Positions 30,059 to 39,349 of a stretch of DNA of 64,000 nt are shown here, one piece after another. Origin of the DNA: Candidatus Microgenomates bacterium (GTDB taxonomy: Bacteria > Patescibacteriota > Microgenomatia > UBA8517). The translations under genes were made by a program, and so were the position numbers. The stretch covers positions 455,009 to 519,008 of the forward strand of contig JBEKNE010000001.1 in NCBI GenBank assembly GCA_049523135.1, read 5' to 3'. Every line of letters starts with the position of its first letter. The first letter of the stretch is position 1. A model generated the notes under the pieces. It saw nothing but the letters and a program-made list of their open reading frames with translations, did no database searches and was not told the DNA's origin.

Positions 30059-30754
30059 TTACTTTGCGATTAGAGCCGATTGTACGGCATTCAATAGTTG
30101 ATCGGAGGCACCGGAAAGATTTATCTTTTGACCGTTAAGATAAAAGGTCGGAGTTTCCGTAAGTCCCACAGTGTTTCCGTCATCAACCCCCTTTTGAACA
30201 ATATCTTTAACCGTGCTTCCGTTCATGTCCGAATCAAATTTGCCTACATCTAATCCTAATTCTTTAGCATATCCGTCAAATACGGCTTGTGTATCGGATG
30301 CATTAACCCAATCATTTTGATTGGCATAAAGCTTGTCATGCATTTGCCAAAATTTTCCTTGAAGTCCGGCGGCGTCCGCGGCATACGAGGAAATGTCTGC
30401 TTTTGAATGCTGGGAAAGCGGGTAATCTCTAAAAGTAAAATTAACTTTGTCGGCAAAGGTCGTTAAAACATTTGTAACAATCGGATTGTATGTACCGCAG
30501 GCAGGGCATTCATAATCTCCAAACTCAACAATTGAAATTGTTGCTGAAGGAGTCGCCGGAAGATACTGACCATTTATAATCCCTGAGGTAGTATTTGCGC
30601 CTTGGGGAACAAGAATGGATCTGTCGATTTTAATTACAGGTGTTACTGGGTTATTTCCCGAATTGGAAAAAAGAACTATTCCGCCAAAACACAGAATACA
30701 GGTTACTAAAACTATAAATATAAAGATTTTATTTCTTTGTAAAAAGGCAATCAT
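30059..30754 (-). CDS. DsbA-family thiol:disulfide oxidoreductase
   Basis: N-terminal TM helix and a thioredoxin fold with the FGDYECPAC active site. Confidence 0.75.
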   Translation of the reverse strand: MIAFLQRNKIFIFIVLVTCILCFGGIVLFSNSGNNPVTPVIKIDRSILVPQGANTTSGIINGQYLPATPSATISIVEFGDYECPACGTYNPIVTNVLTTFADKVNFTFRDYPLSQHSKADISSYAADAAGLQGKFWQMHDKLYANQNDWVNASDTQAVFDGYAKELGLDVGKFDSDMNGSTVKDIVQKGVDDGNTVGLTETPTFYLNGQKINLSGASDQLLNAVQSALIAK

Positions 30755-30959
30755 AATAAAGATGACTAATGACCAATGTTCGAACTAATTTTAATCCTAA
30801 TTTGTCTGATTACCAAATGTTAAAAAAGTCTTTTGATAGCCAAGGAAACAACAAACAATTTTATATTGAGTGTACGATTTTCCCAAAAAAACATCCTCCG
30901 GATGGAAAATTGATTCCGATTCCCAGAGGGCTTGTTACTATATTTCTGTTGAACGTTTG

Positions 30960-31286
30960 TTACAGGAGAGCATCTGCTATTTTACCAACCACAGCTGTAG
31001 TCACATTTTGTTTTGCAGCTTTTATGGCAGTCTTCAGCAAAGATATTACCGTTTTTACTTCTTCCTCATCAAACCAGATCCTACGGTCAGCCAATTTTAG
31101 ACATACATATTGGTTGTTCCAATTTTCTTCCTTGATTTGATCAATATCTGCGGGGGTTATCTCCAACACATCGAGTTGACCCTCTGCGGTTACAACAGAC
31201 AGGTGATCTATTGCACCACCTAAAATCCTTTCTTCGTGAGTTTCATCATTTTTTTCGATAAGACTACGAAATTGCCAAGCTTCCAT
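30960..31286 (-). CDS. hypothetical acidic protein
   Basis: ORF only. Overlapping + strand ORF 30769..31140 judged less protein-like. Confidence 0.3.
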   Translation of the reverse strand: MEAWQFRSLIEKNDETHEERILGGAIDHLSVVTAEGQLDVLEITPADIDQIKEENWNNQYVCLKLADRRIWFDEEEVKTVISLLKTAIKAAKQNVTTAVVGKIADALL

Positions 31287-31408
31287 TTCGGCCTCCTTTT
31301 GGCTATAAAGTAAGATTTTAATATTTCAAACCTACGCAGTGTAAGTTGGGAGGATATTATCACAAATGAAGCATTACTGACAGCATATATGACAAATTCT
31401 GTACAAGC

Positions 31409-31675
31409 TTGAAGGAAGAAGATGTGGAAGTTGATAGCCGACTAACCGCTCTTCAAAACGCACAAGATAACTACTACATCACGGCTAATTACATCTTAGA
31501 ATTGTCAAAACGAGCTTATAAATTATTCCTAAGTTCGGAAATGGAAGAAAGAAGGCAACTTTTGAAATTAGTATTCTCGAACCTTACCATAGACGGCAAA
31601 AGTGTCCGTATTCAAGCCCAAAAACCCTTTGATACTATCTTCAAATGCGCTAACAGTCTCTCTTGGGGTGGCTGA
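31409..31675 (+). pseudogene. C-terminal remnant of a large serine recombinase
   Basis: RRQLLKLVFSNLTIDGKSVRIQAQKPFDTIF parallels the C-terminal region of the intact recombinase at 45666..47267. No catalytic domain. The 3' end overlaps tRNA-His. Confidence 0.5.
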
Positions 31676-31740
31676 CGCGATTCGAACGCGCAACCCCTAG
31701 GTCCACAACCTAGTGCTCTAACCATTGAGCTACAGCCACC
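31664..31740 (-). tRNA. tRNA-His(GUG), CCA encoded, G-1 present
   Basis: Manual fold: G-1 + GTGGCTG acceptor; anticodon stem CTAGG/CCTAG with loop TTGTGGA; T-arm GTTCGAATC. Confidence 0.88.
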
Positions 31741-31800
31741 AAGTCACAACGATATTTTACCATTTAGGCAGATATATAACCAATTATAGAAATGTTCCCT

Positions 31801-34800
31801 TTAGAAACACCACCAGAGGAGGCAGAATTTTTGGAGTGTGGAAGTTGAACTTGGAGCTTCTGTTGTTTCCGTCTGTGTTTGATCGTATGTGTTTGTGGTT
31901 ACGGGTTGGAATGTCGGTGACGCTGTCGAGGTGGGTTGGATTATTTCTGTGGGTTTAATTATTGAAGATAGATAATTTAATATTTGATTAACCACAACGC
32001 CCGTGTTTTCATAATAGAACATACTTTTACTGCTTGATTTTGAAACGGTTGTAACAGCCGCCGTGTTGCTCCAATTTCCTGTAGCACATCCATTCCCGGA
32101 TCTAACGGTAAAATAATATTTTGTTACCGGCTGAAGCATGTAAATTGTGTATTTTATTGCACCATTGGAATAACCTTGAGGAAATTCAACACCATATTGC
32201 CAAATACCAGGTTTGGAAGAATAACTTATATAAAAAGAGGAGTATGGGGGATATGGTGGAGCAAAATACAGAGTGGCGCTATTTTTGGTAGCCATTATTT
32301 CATAAAGATCGGGGGTTCCCGGCCCGATGGTATTCCCGCAACTTGGTGCACCGACGTTTGAATTGAAAGGTGAGTTATTATCAGTTGTTAAACTTGACTC
32401 TTCGGGAGTCGGTGTTGGAGATTCTGTCGGCACAGGAGTTGCAGTAGGTGTCTCTGTCGGAGACTCGGTTGGTGTTGGTATTCCAGCCAATGGATCTTTA
32501 TATATCATTATTTTCCATCTATTAATATCGGCTACAAACATGTTATTAGATGAGTCAAAAGTAATTGAATAAGGCATAGCATAAAAATCATTAAATTCTC
32601 CGGAATATGTTATATGAGCCGGAACGCCGGTAAAGTAATCGAGTGAATGATTACTGTTTTGATATTCGCCCATCGAGTTGTAACCGACAACCATATTGTT
32701 ATTAGAATCAAACGCCGGCTGGAATACGTGTCGATCGTTTATGACAATGTTGTCTGCTGGTACATCAAAAACGGTAGTATCGCTATCGGCAGGAAAATCC
32801 GAAGCGTTGTATTCCAAAAGTCTGGCATTACCTTCTAATTCAAGCGAATTATCCGAAACATATATATTTCCATAATTATCAATGGTAACCGCTCCGGGCG
32901 CACATAAAGTTGAGTTGGTTGCTTCAGATGATGATGGGGTATCACTGGATTGGTTGCATAAAACCCCTGAAATACTGGTTTGGCCAAGTACGACATCAAC
33001 CTGAGGATCGGTAATGGGATTCCTTATTCTTACAACCCTATTACTGAAGTTATAAGCAACCCAAAGGTAATTTCCGTCGGAAGACGGATAAAGGCCGTCT
33101 GGCGATATATTGTCTAAAGATATAGGATTAACATCCTCTCCGTCGATATCCTTAAGCGATCTTCCGGAAATTGTAGCAATCGGGGATTGGTTATTGCCAA
33201 CAAGAGGAAGGTCGTAAATTTCAATATCATAGTTATGTGCAACATAAAGATGTCCTGATTTATCAATCGCTATACGGCCATAAAGAGGGTTACTTGAGTT
33301 AAAATCGTTTACACCAACAACACCAGAAGCTAGAGATCCATTAGCGGCATCCAATGGATTGTTCCAATAAAGAATCCTATCGGTATCACCGACAATAAGC
33401 TGATGGGTATCCCCATTATCATACACAGCAACTCCATCCGGACCTAAAAGTCCTTTTCCCGACAGATAATTATATCCACCTGCTTGAATACCATAAAGAT
33501 TATAATCGGCACGTACAAGTTCTCCATATGTAGGTGTAGGAATTGGCGCATGGTATCGAATGACGTTCTGATTTCCACCGTCAGAAATAGTGAAAAGGTC
33601 ATCACTGCTGCTTATTCCAATTGAAGCACCGGTATCCTGATAGCAAATACCAATGGAAGATAAACAACTTGGAGAATCTGGACTTCTATCACTGGGGTTA
33701 TATTCATCTTCATTAATAACCTTTTTTACTGTAGTTCCTGCAGTATCCCAAAGTTCTATCATGTGATTGCCTTCATCGTTAATCCAAATTCCTCCGCTAT
33801 TTGCATCTCCCGGAATTTGTACATCAAATTCAATACCTGTCGGATTATTAAATCCAATTCCACCGGATCCCCAAATCGTCCCAGCAGCATCATCTACAAG
33901 ATTATCCTTAGAAAAAAATAAAATTCTATTATTCCCGGTGTCAGCTACGTATACATTACCGCTCGTGTCAACCCTGACGGCTGTAGGATGTGACATTTCG
34001 TCAATATTACATACGGGTGGGTTTAAAGAACATGTACCGTCATCGCAATCACCGTCCGATATACAAAATCTGCCAATATCAGTTGTACCACCGACACAAG
34101 AGCCGTACGGTGTACAATCGGAACCCGTCGAACAACTATTATTGAAATGGTCACAGGATCCCTGACCGCCATTCCCCGTATCCATTGATTGTTGGCCTAG
34201 AACAAGATCTGCAGTGCTTGAAGCGTGTCCTAACCCTGAATCATAAGGAAAACGTAAAACACGGTTATTGAGCGAGTCCGCTACCCAAAGATTTCCAGCC
34301 GAGTCTACATCGACACCCATACCAAAAGAATCGTGGTATGAGTCATTAACACCCAAACAGAGAGTATTATCAGAGGGTGCGTCCTGACCGCGGTTACATT
34401 GATAATCGCTAAAAAGTGCTTGTCCCCAAACCACGGTTGCGGATTGACCCGAGCTTCCATCGGCAGGATTACTGTACATTAAGACTCTGTTATTTAACCA
34501 ATCTGGAAAATAAAGATTATGATTGGAATCCACAGCAAAACTTTGAAAAGAACCTCCTTCAAGAGGACTTGTTTGAATTGGGGGCATTCCACAAAGAGTG
34601 GAGGCTGAAGGAACGGGAAATGCGGGATAAGTTTGATATCCTGAATCCCCGTTACAAGCACTTCTGGTAAAATCGGGTTGACCCAGAACATGGTCGGCAC
34701 CTTTATTGGTGTTCAAATCACAAGTTGAACCGGGGCAATCATCATCTGATGTGCAGGCAGTTGAACCATCGTTATGACAGACCCCTAACGATTTGTAGAC

Positions 34801-35091
34801 TAATATTCGACTATTAGCGCTATCGGAAACATATAAAGTATTGGGGTGAGTACCCCTGTCCATTAGGGCGCCACCGGGATTATTTACTTTAAATGCAGTT
34901 TTTTCATTTCTTGTCCCTTCAGTAAAATCTAATTGACCCAAAACTTTATCTGCCCAAAAATCACCGGAGGTACCTCTAACTGCGTCGGCATTTGTTACGT
35001 TAATAAAATTGAAAATAAAAACAAGACCAAGAAGAACTGCAACAACAGGAAAAATAAAAATTAAATTCAGCCTTTTAGGCAGTATTTTCAC
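31801..35091 (-). CDS. large secreted NHL-repeat surface protein (1096 aa) with Cys-rich inserts, Pro/Thr linker and FN3-like C-terminal region
   Basis: Signal/TM N-terminus. Repeated NHL motifs (YVSDSANSRILVY, WVADSLNNRVLRF, YVADTGNNRILFF). PTPTESPTETPTATPVPTESPTPTPEE linker. Hydrophobic C-terminus. Confidence 0.7.
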   Translation of the reverse strand: MKILPKRLNLIFIFPVVAVLLGLVFIFNFINVTNADAVRGTSGDFWADKVLGQLDFTEGTRNEKTAFKVNNPGGALMDRGTHPNTLYVSDSANSRILVYKSLGVCHNDGSTACTSDDDCPGSTCDLNTNKGADHVLGQPDFTRSACNGDSGYQTYPAFPVPSASTLCGMPPIQTSPLEGGSFQSFAVDSNHNLYFPDWLNNRVLMYSNPADGSSGQSATVVWGQALFSDYQCNRGQDAPSDNTLCLGVNDSYHDSFGMGVDVDSAGNLWVADSLNNRVLRFPYDSGLGHASSTADLVLGQQSMDTGNGGQGSCDHFNNSCSTGSDCTPYGSCVGGTTDIGRFCISDGDCDDGTCSLNPPVCNIDEMSHPTAVRVDTSGNVYVADTGNNRILFFSKDNLVDDAAGTIWGSGGIGFNNPTGIEFDVQIPGDANSGGIWINDEGNHMIELWDTAGTTVKKVINEDEYNPSDRSPDSPSCLSSIGICYQDTGASIGISSSDDLFTISDGGNQNVIRYHAPIPTPTYGELVRADYNLYGIQAGGYNYLSGKGLLGPDGVAVYDNGDTHQLIVGDTDRILYWNNPLDAANGSLASGVVGVNDFNSSNPLYGRIAIDKSGHLYVAHNYDIEIYDLPLVGNNQSPIATISGRSLKDIDGEDVNPISLDNISPDGLYPSSDGNYLWVAYNFSNRVVRIRNPITDPQVDVVLGQTSISGVLCNQSSDTPSSSEATNSTLCAPGAVTIDNYGNIYVSDNSLELEGNARLLEYNASDFPADSDTTVFDVPADNIVINDRHVFQPAFDSNNNMVVGYNSMGEYQNSNHSLDYFTGVPAHITYSGEFNDFYAMPYSITFDSSNNMFVADINRWKIMIYKDPLAGIPTPTESPTETPTATPVPTESPTPTPEESSLTTDNNSPFNSNVGAPSCGNTIGPGTPDLYEIMATKNSATLYFAPPYPPYSSFYISYSSKPGIWQYGVEFPQGYSNGAIKYTIYMLQPVTKYYFTVRSGNGCATGNWSNTAAVTTVSKSSSKSMFYYENTGVVVNQILNYLSSIIKPTEIIQPTSTASPTFQPVTTNTYDQTQTETTEAPSSTSTLQKFCLLWWCF

Positions 35092-35155
35092 AGATTCATC
35101 TTATCATTATATTTATGGCCAAAACAAGCTTCTTATAACCGACTTCACGAAGAAA

Positions 35156-35668
35156 TTATATTTTAGAGGAAGGGTCGATCCAAAGCATCCAACCTTCAAC
35201 CCATGTCCGGTCATGAACATCGAGTGTGTCGTACCATTTTTTACGAAATTCATTATCTGAAATTGTCCAAATTCCGGGCCGGGAATTGGAAGGATCAACA
35301 AGAGTAAGAGCCCTCAATTTATGATCGTAATCTCCTGCAATAGAGTAGTGACCATCTGCCTTATCTTCTTTATCTACGTCATCCCACCAGTCAAGAATTA
35401 CGATATGACCATTTTTTAAATGAGATGAAATGTCTTTAAATGTGGCATTGTGTTTGTAATTGACAATCTTAAAAAATTTACTTAAATAGGCAAGGATTAT
35501 TTGCTGAGTTGTACCCCACCAATCTTTATATACATCGCGGGCAATTTCAACCTGAGTTTTATTTATTCCACAGGCAAGAAGCACCATTTGAATAACTGCA
35601 GGACCGCAAAATCCGGGTTTTTCCTGAAATCTATGATATTTTTTCCAAGCCTCAATACTTATTTGCAC
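35156..35668 (-). CDS. peptidase C39-like (papain-fold cysteine protease) domain protein
   Basis: PGFCGPAVIQMVL (Cys) ... GHYSIAGDYD (His) pattern of the Peptidase_C39_2 family. Confidence 0.55.
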   Translation of the reverse strand: MQISIEAWKKYHRFQEKPGFCGPAVIQMVLLACGINKTQVEIARDVYKDWWGTTQQIILAYLSKFFKIVNYKHNATFKDISSHLKNGHIVILDWWDDVDKEDKADGHYSIAGDYDHKLRALTLVDPSNSRPGIWTISDNEFRKKWYDTLDVHDRTWVEGWMLWIDPSSKI

Positions 35669-35725
35669 ATTAAAATTATATCATTCTTCTTGCTATTAAA
35701 GTGAAATTATCTATATAATTACTTA

Positions 35726-36391
35726 ATGGCAGATAAAGAGGAAATAAAAGAAAGAAAGAGAATGATTGTGGAAGAAGTTAAGGAACCCACAACCACAACT
35801 CCCCAAATATTACCCGAGGCTGCTAAAGTATCATCAACGGTTCTTGAAGAGGAAGATAAAAGCGGAGAAAAAAGTATTATTGATGAAAATGTAGCGCCTG
35901 TTCCCACTCAACCTAAAAAATCTTCTTCACTCGCTCTTTGGATAATTATCCCCCTTATTTTTATATTGGGAGCGATTCTTGGAGGTGTTGTTTTTTATTT
36001 AAAGGGTGTAAATAAAGGACAGGAAGAATCCAATACTCCTACACCGGAAGCCTCTATCGCCACACCGGCTCCTTTAGCCAGTCCTTCCGCTACTATTGAT
36101 CTGACAAAATACTCAATTACCGTTTTTAATGGTTCCGGAATAGCAGGTGAAGCCGGTAAAGTTAAAGATTTGCTGACATCTGCGGGGTTTACGGTAGGAT
36201 CAACCGGAAATGCGGCTACATATGACTACACAAAAACAATTATTAAAGCCAAAACTACCGTTGATGCAGATTTCCTTACACAACTTTCCATGACCTTGAG
36301 TAAAAACTATGTTTTGGATTCAAATCAAACATTGGCAACTTCTTCCGCAGTTGATGTACAGGTTTTTGTAGGATCTTCAAAAGCGCAATAA
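35726..36391 (+). CDS. membrane-anchored LytR_C (LCP C-terminal) domain protein
   Basis: TM helix, Pro/Thr/Ala linker, then ITVFNGSGIAGEAGKVKDLLTSAGFTVGSTGNA...YDYTKT, which is the LytR_C signature. Confidence 0.6.
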   Translation: MADKEEIKERKRMIVEEVKEPTTTTPQILPEAAKVSSTVLEEEDKSGEKSIIDENVAPVPTQPKKSSSLALWIIIPLIFILGAILGGVVFYLKGVNKGQEESNTPTPEASIATPAPLASPSATIDLTKYSITVFNGSGIAGEAGKVKDLLTSAGFTVGSTGNAATYDYTKTIIKAKTTVDADFLTQLSMTLSKNYVLDSNQTLATSSAVDVQVFVGSSKAQ

Positions 36392-36405
36392 TAAAATTTT
36401 TCTTG

Positions 36406-36476
36406 AGCGGGTAGGGGGAATCGAACCCCCGTCAAAAGCTTGGAAAGCTCCTATTCTACCATTGAACCATACCCGC
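36406..36476 (-). tRNA. tRNA-Gly(UCC)
   Basis: Manual fold: acceptor GCGGGTA/TACCCGC; anticodon loop TTTCCAA; T-arm GGGGGTTCGATTCCCCC. Confidence 0.88.
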
Positions 36477-36501
36477 GAGTTGTAATATTATATCAAATTT
36501 G

Positions 36502-36574
36502 TCGGAGTGCCCGGGCTCGAACCGGGGACCTCCACGTCCCAAACGTGGCGCGCTACCAACTGCGCTACACTCCG
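36502..36574 (-). tRNA. tRNA-Pro(UGG)
   Basis: Manual fold: acceptor CGGAGTG/CACTCCG; anticodon stem CACGT../..ACGTG with loop TTTGGGA; T-arm CCCGGTTCGAGCCCGGG. Confidence 0.88.
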
Positions 36575-36764
36575 TGGTGCCGAACTCGGTGTTATACTCG
36601 GACCTGTTCAGCTACTTCAATGATACCACACCTGAGGCTGGGATTCTGGCCGGACAGTTGGAACTTTTGAAGGCTCACCTGGGTGAAAGTTTTGCGATTG
36701 TTCATTAGTATTGTTTTCTTAGAGCCCTTGTGCTACATTCGACTCATCTTCTGCCTGGGTATAT

Positions 36765-38003
36765 ATGTTTCGCGAACTTAATTTTGTTTTAACATTTATT
36801 CGGGATTTTATTGTCAAAAATGATTTGATTGCAAAATATTCCGTTCTGTCTGGGCACTACAGTAAAGCACAAGAAACAGGAACTGCGGGATCTGGGGAAG
36901 GTCTAAAGGACGAAATAGATACAGTTAAGAAACAAATTTTTGAAATACACGCTTCCGTAAATTTTGAGGTTTGGAGTTCTCCCAAAATAAGCATTCTGGA
37001 GCGGATGGTGGCTAAAGACTATATAGGGCCAGGTGCCATGACTGCGTTAAATAAGATTTTGAATGATAGCATCGGAAATCCCCTTAAAATCTCACAGGCA
37101 ATAACGGTTTTTCAAAATTCCACAAACGAACTCTTGACCCGGACGAACCAGGCGATTGCTACTTTAGGCTTAACAAATTTTACCGAGGACGTCCCAGCGG
37201 ACCGGCAACTATTGGAAATCAGTTTCTCCGATAACTCTCTAACCAAAAATTTCTGGTATCTAAAGGATACGGCTGCCGGATGGAGCACAATAATACGTGC
37301 CGTAACTAGACTAACTGGTGACAACTTTGAGACTGTTGAGATTCTCTCTCAAACCAGCGGCTCTCCCGATTGGGGTATTTTAATTTCTTCAACCAAAGCC
37401 GCTAGTGGGGTTTTAATTCAGCTCGTAGATTTTGCAATGAAACTTAAAACTATAAAAGATACCTTTTTCAAAAAGAAGGCCAAAGTTGAGGATGTTGGAC
37501 TTCCCAATAAAAAGACGCTTGAACTTGCAATAAAAGATTTGGAAGTAGAAAGGGATGACGGCTTCAAAGCAAAGCTTGGAGAATTTTCCATAAAAATGGT
37601 TAATGAAAGTAAGGGTGAAATTAAAGGTGAAAACAAGAACGAACTGAATACACTCACCCAAACAGCACTGAAAATTTTAGAGAATTTTGCAAGTTCGGGA
37701 GTAAAAGTTGTAGACCCGAGAGAAATAGTTCCTGTCCCGGAAGCGGACACGCCAACAACTCTTGGTCCAATCTATTCGGAAGATAAGGTCCTTAGTGATG
37801 AAGTTCGTGTTTTGTCAGAAGCTGAAAAACAAAAGTTTCTTGAAGCAAAACATGAAGAAATGGTGGACGAAATGGAAGTTTCAAAAGTACAGAAGCCAAC
37901 AGAAGAAATCGTTGAAGTTAAAAAAGGCCCGGGAAGACCACCCAAAACAAAACCAGCTACAGTAGTAGAGAAAAAGGTCAAAATTGTAGAAAAGAAAATT
38001 TAA
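36765..38003 (+). CDS. hypothetical protein with C-terminal Lys-rich AT-hook-like (GRPPK) tail
   Basis: No recognisable catalytic motif. C-terminal KKGPGRPPKTKP. Confidence 0.4.
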   Translation: MFRELNFVLTFIRDFIVKNDLIAKYSVLSGHYSKAQETGTAGSGEGLKDEIDTVKKQIFEIHASVNFEVWSSPKISILERMVAKDYIGPGAMTALNKILNDSIGNPLKISQAITVFQNSTNELLTRTNQAIATLGLTNFTEDVPADRQLLEISFSDNSLTKNFWYLKDTAAGWSTIIRAVTRLTGDNFETVEILSQTSGSPDWGILISSTKAASGVLIQLVDFAMKLKTIKDTFFKKKAKVEDVGLPNKKTLELAIKDLEVERDDGFKAKLGEFSIKMVNESKGEIKGENKNELNTLTQTALKILENFASSGVKVVDPREIVPVPEADTPTTLGPIYSEDKVLSDEVRVLSEAEKQKFLEAKHEEMVDEMEVSKVQKPTEEIVEVKKGPGRPPKTKPATVVEKKVKIVEKKI

Positions 38004-38551
38004 GCCTGCATCAGTCGTTGTTGGAATCTTTTTTCAATTTCTTCCATTTTCCATTGATTATCTTTTATCTTTGAAAGTTTTTCTTTAGCCTCCCTCTTTT
38101 TTATGGAATAGGTACCTGGGTCTTTAAGCTGGACCTTATAGGTAGTGTTATCAAGTTCATTAATACATTGCACAAGAGACGAGTAATCGCAAGCATAATT
38201 TATAAAATAGCGTGCATAATCTGCCCAATCTTGATAAACAAAACTCTTTTCATCTGCTGTACTATATTTATATTTTTCTTCAAGTCTTATAAATTTCTCT
38301 CTCAACGCAAGAGAAGTCTTTAATTGTTTAACTGTATTTTCTATTCGTTCCTTTTTACTTGCCTTAGACCCATCAAAAAGAAGATTTTCTGGTATATCAC
38401 TTACGTCTATCGGTTGTATAGTTTCCCAATTTTTTCCTGATAGAGTTGTATAAATCTCACTATTTATACTATTCTCAAGAGTAAGTTTTGCCACATGATA
38501 GTATTTATCTCCATATTCAGTAAGTTGTTTTATGTTTTTTCTAGCTTTCAT
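38000..38551 (-). CDS. hypothetical protein (last gene of the ftsK-like/Mrr-cat operon)
   Basis: ORF only. 35-nt gap to the upstream Mrr-cat gene on the same strand. Confidence 0.35.
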   Translation of the reverse strand: MKARKNIKQLTEYGDKYYHVAKLTLENSINSEIYTTLSGKNWETIQPIDVSDIPENLLFDGSKASKKERIENTVKQLKTSLALREKFIRLEEKYKYSTADEKSFVYQDWADYARYFINYACDYSSLVQCINELDNTTYKVQLKDPGTYSIKKREAKEKLSKIKDNQWKMEEIEKRFQQRLMQA

Positions 38552-38586
38552 TAATCACGATTATACACTTGTTTTAAATATCGTAT

Positions 38587-39345
38587 TTAGGACAGACTTT
38601 CTAGTATACTTCCAATTTCGGGCAACTGATCACCCTCAATTAACAAAACATTATTTTTTTGAGCAAGGGCTTTTGCAGACCTGGTAAATGTAGAATTTGT
38701 GACAACGATAGCAAAGTCACCTTGATAATAATTTTTAGCTGCTACAATTTCCTGTACAGCTTTATTGCCAACCGGTTTTGTATAACGCTTCGCTTGTATA
38801 ATATATTTTCTGTTATTTTTTGAGGCTATCACATCTGCTCCCTGATCACCGGTTTTTGGAGTTCCCCTAACATCGTAGCCCAAATCTTTTAAATTGTGTT
38901 CAATGAATCCTTCAAAATCTACTCCACTCATATCATTAAGTGATGTCTCTTTAGGCAAATTTTTACCCTTTGTCTTGTAAAAATCTTTAAATATTTTATC
39001 AAGATCTTCAAAATATAGTTTGATAAAAAACTGGGATAAATCTATATATTCATCATTTGTTTTAGAAAGTGCAAATCTAAGATATTGACCCATCTGTGAA
39101 ATCAAGATATCTCTAGGTGCTCCCGAGACTTCCATTCGTTCATTTTCTAAAAAAAGATTGTCCATAAATCTTTGGGAAATGCCAAGCGTCGAAGAAATTT
39201 TTTCAATACATCTTTGCTTTTCGGCCGCAACAGATTCCCAGTCCTCTTGCCCGTATTCATCAATGATTCCGACTTTCCTGGACGTTATTTCACAAAACTT
39301 GTTTATAACATCTCTGTTTTTATCCAAAAAACTTTTATATTCCAT
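38587..39345 (-). CDS. Mrr-cat (restriction endonuclease-like) domain protein with unknown N-terminal domain
   Basis: C-terminal FEGFIEHNLKDLGYDV...GDQGADVIASKNNRKYIIQAKRY...NKAVQEIVAA matches the PD-(D/E)xK Mrr catalytic core. Confidence 0.65.
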   Translation of the reverse strand: MEYKSFLDKNRDVINKFCEITSRKVGIIDEYGQEDWESVAAEKQRCIEKISSTLGISQRFMDNLFLENERMEVSGAPRDILISQMGQYLRFALSKTNDEYIDLSQFFIKLYFEDLDKIFKDFYKTKGKNLPKETSLNDMSGVDFEGFIEHNLKDLGYDVRGTPKTGDQGADVIASKNNRKYIIQAKRYTKPVGNKAVQEIVAAKNYYQGDFAIVVTNSTFTRSAKALAQKNNVLLIEGDQLPEIGSILESLS

Positions 39346-39349
39346 ATTT

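Noticed and set aside
30769-31140. ORF 30769..31140(+) in the tRNA-His upstream region
   Set aside because: Overlaps the more protein-like minus-strand ORF 30960..31286 and has odd composition (Cys/Phe-rich, no RBS); probably spurious.
31725-31958. ORF 31725..31958(+)
   Set aside because: Overlaps tRNA-His and the C-terminus of the NHL-repeat gene on the opposite strand; spurious.
33900-35000. CRISPR-like or tandem repeats
   Set aside because: The periodic sequence encodes the NHL blades and PT linker in frame. No repeat-spacer architecture anywhere in the window.
36440-36708. ORFs 36440..36670 and 36499..36708
   Set aside because: Overlap tRNA-Gly and tRNA-Pro; spurious.
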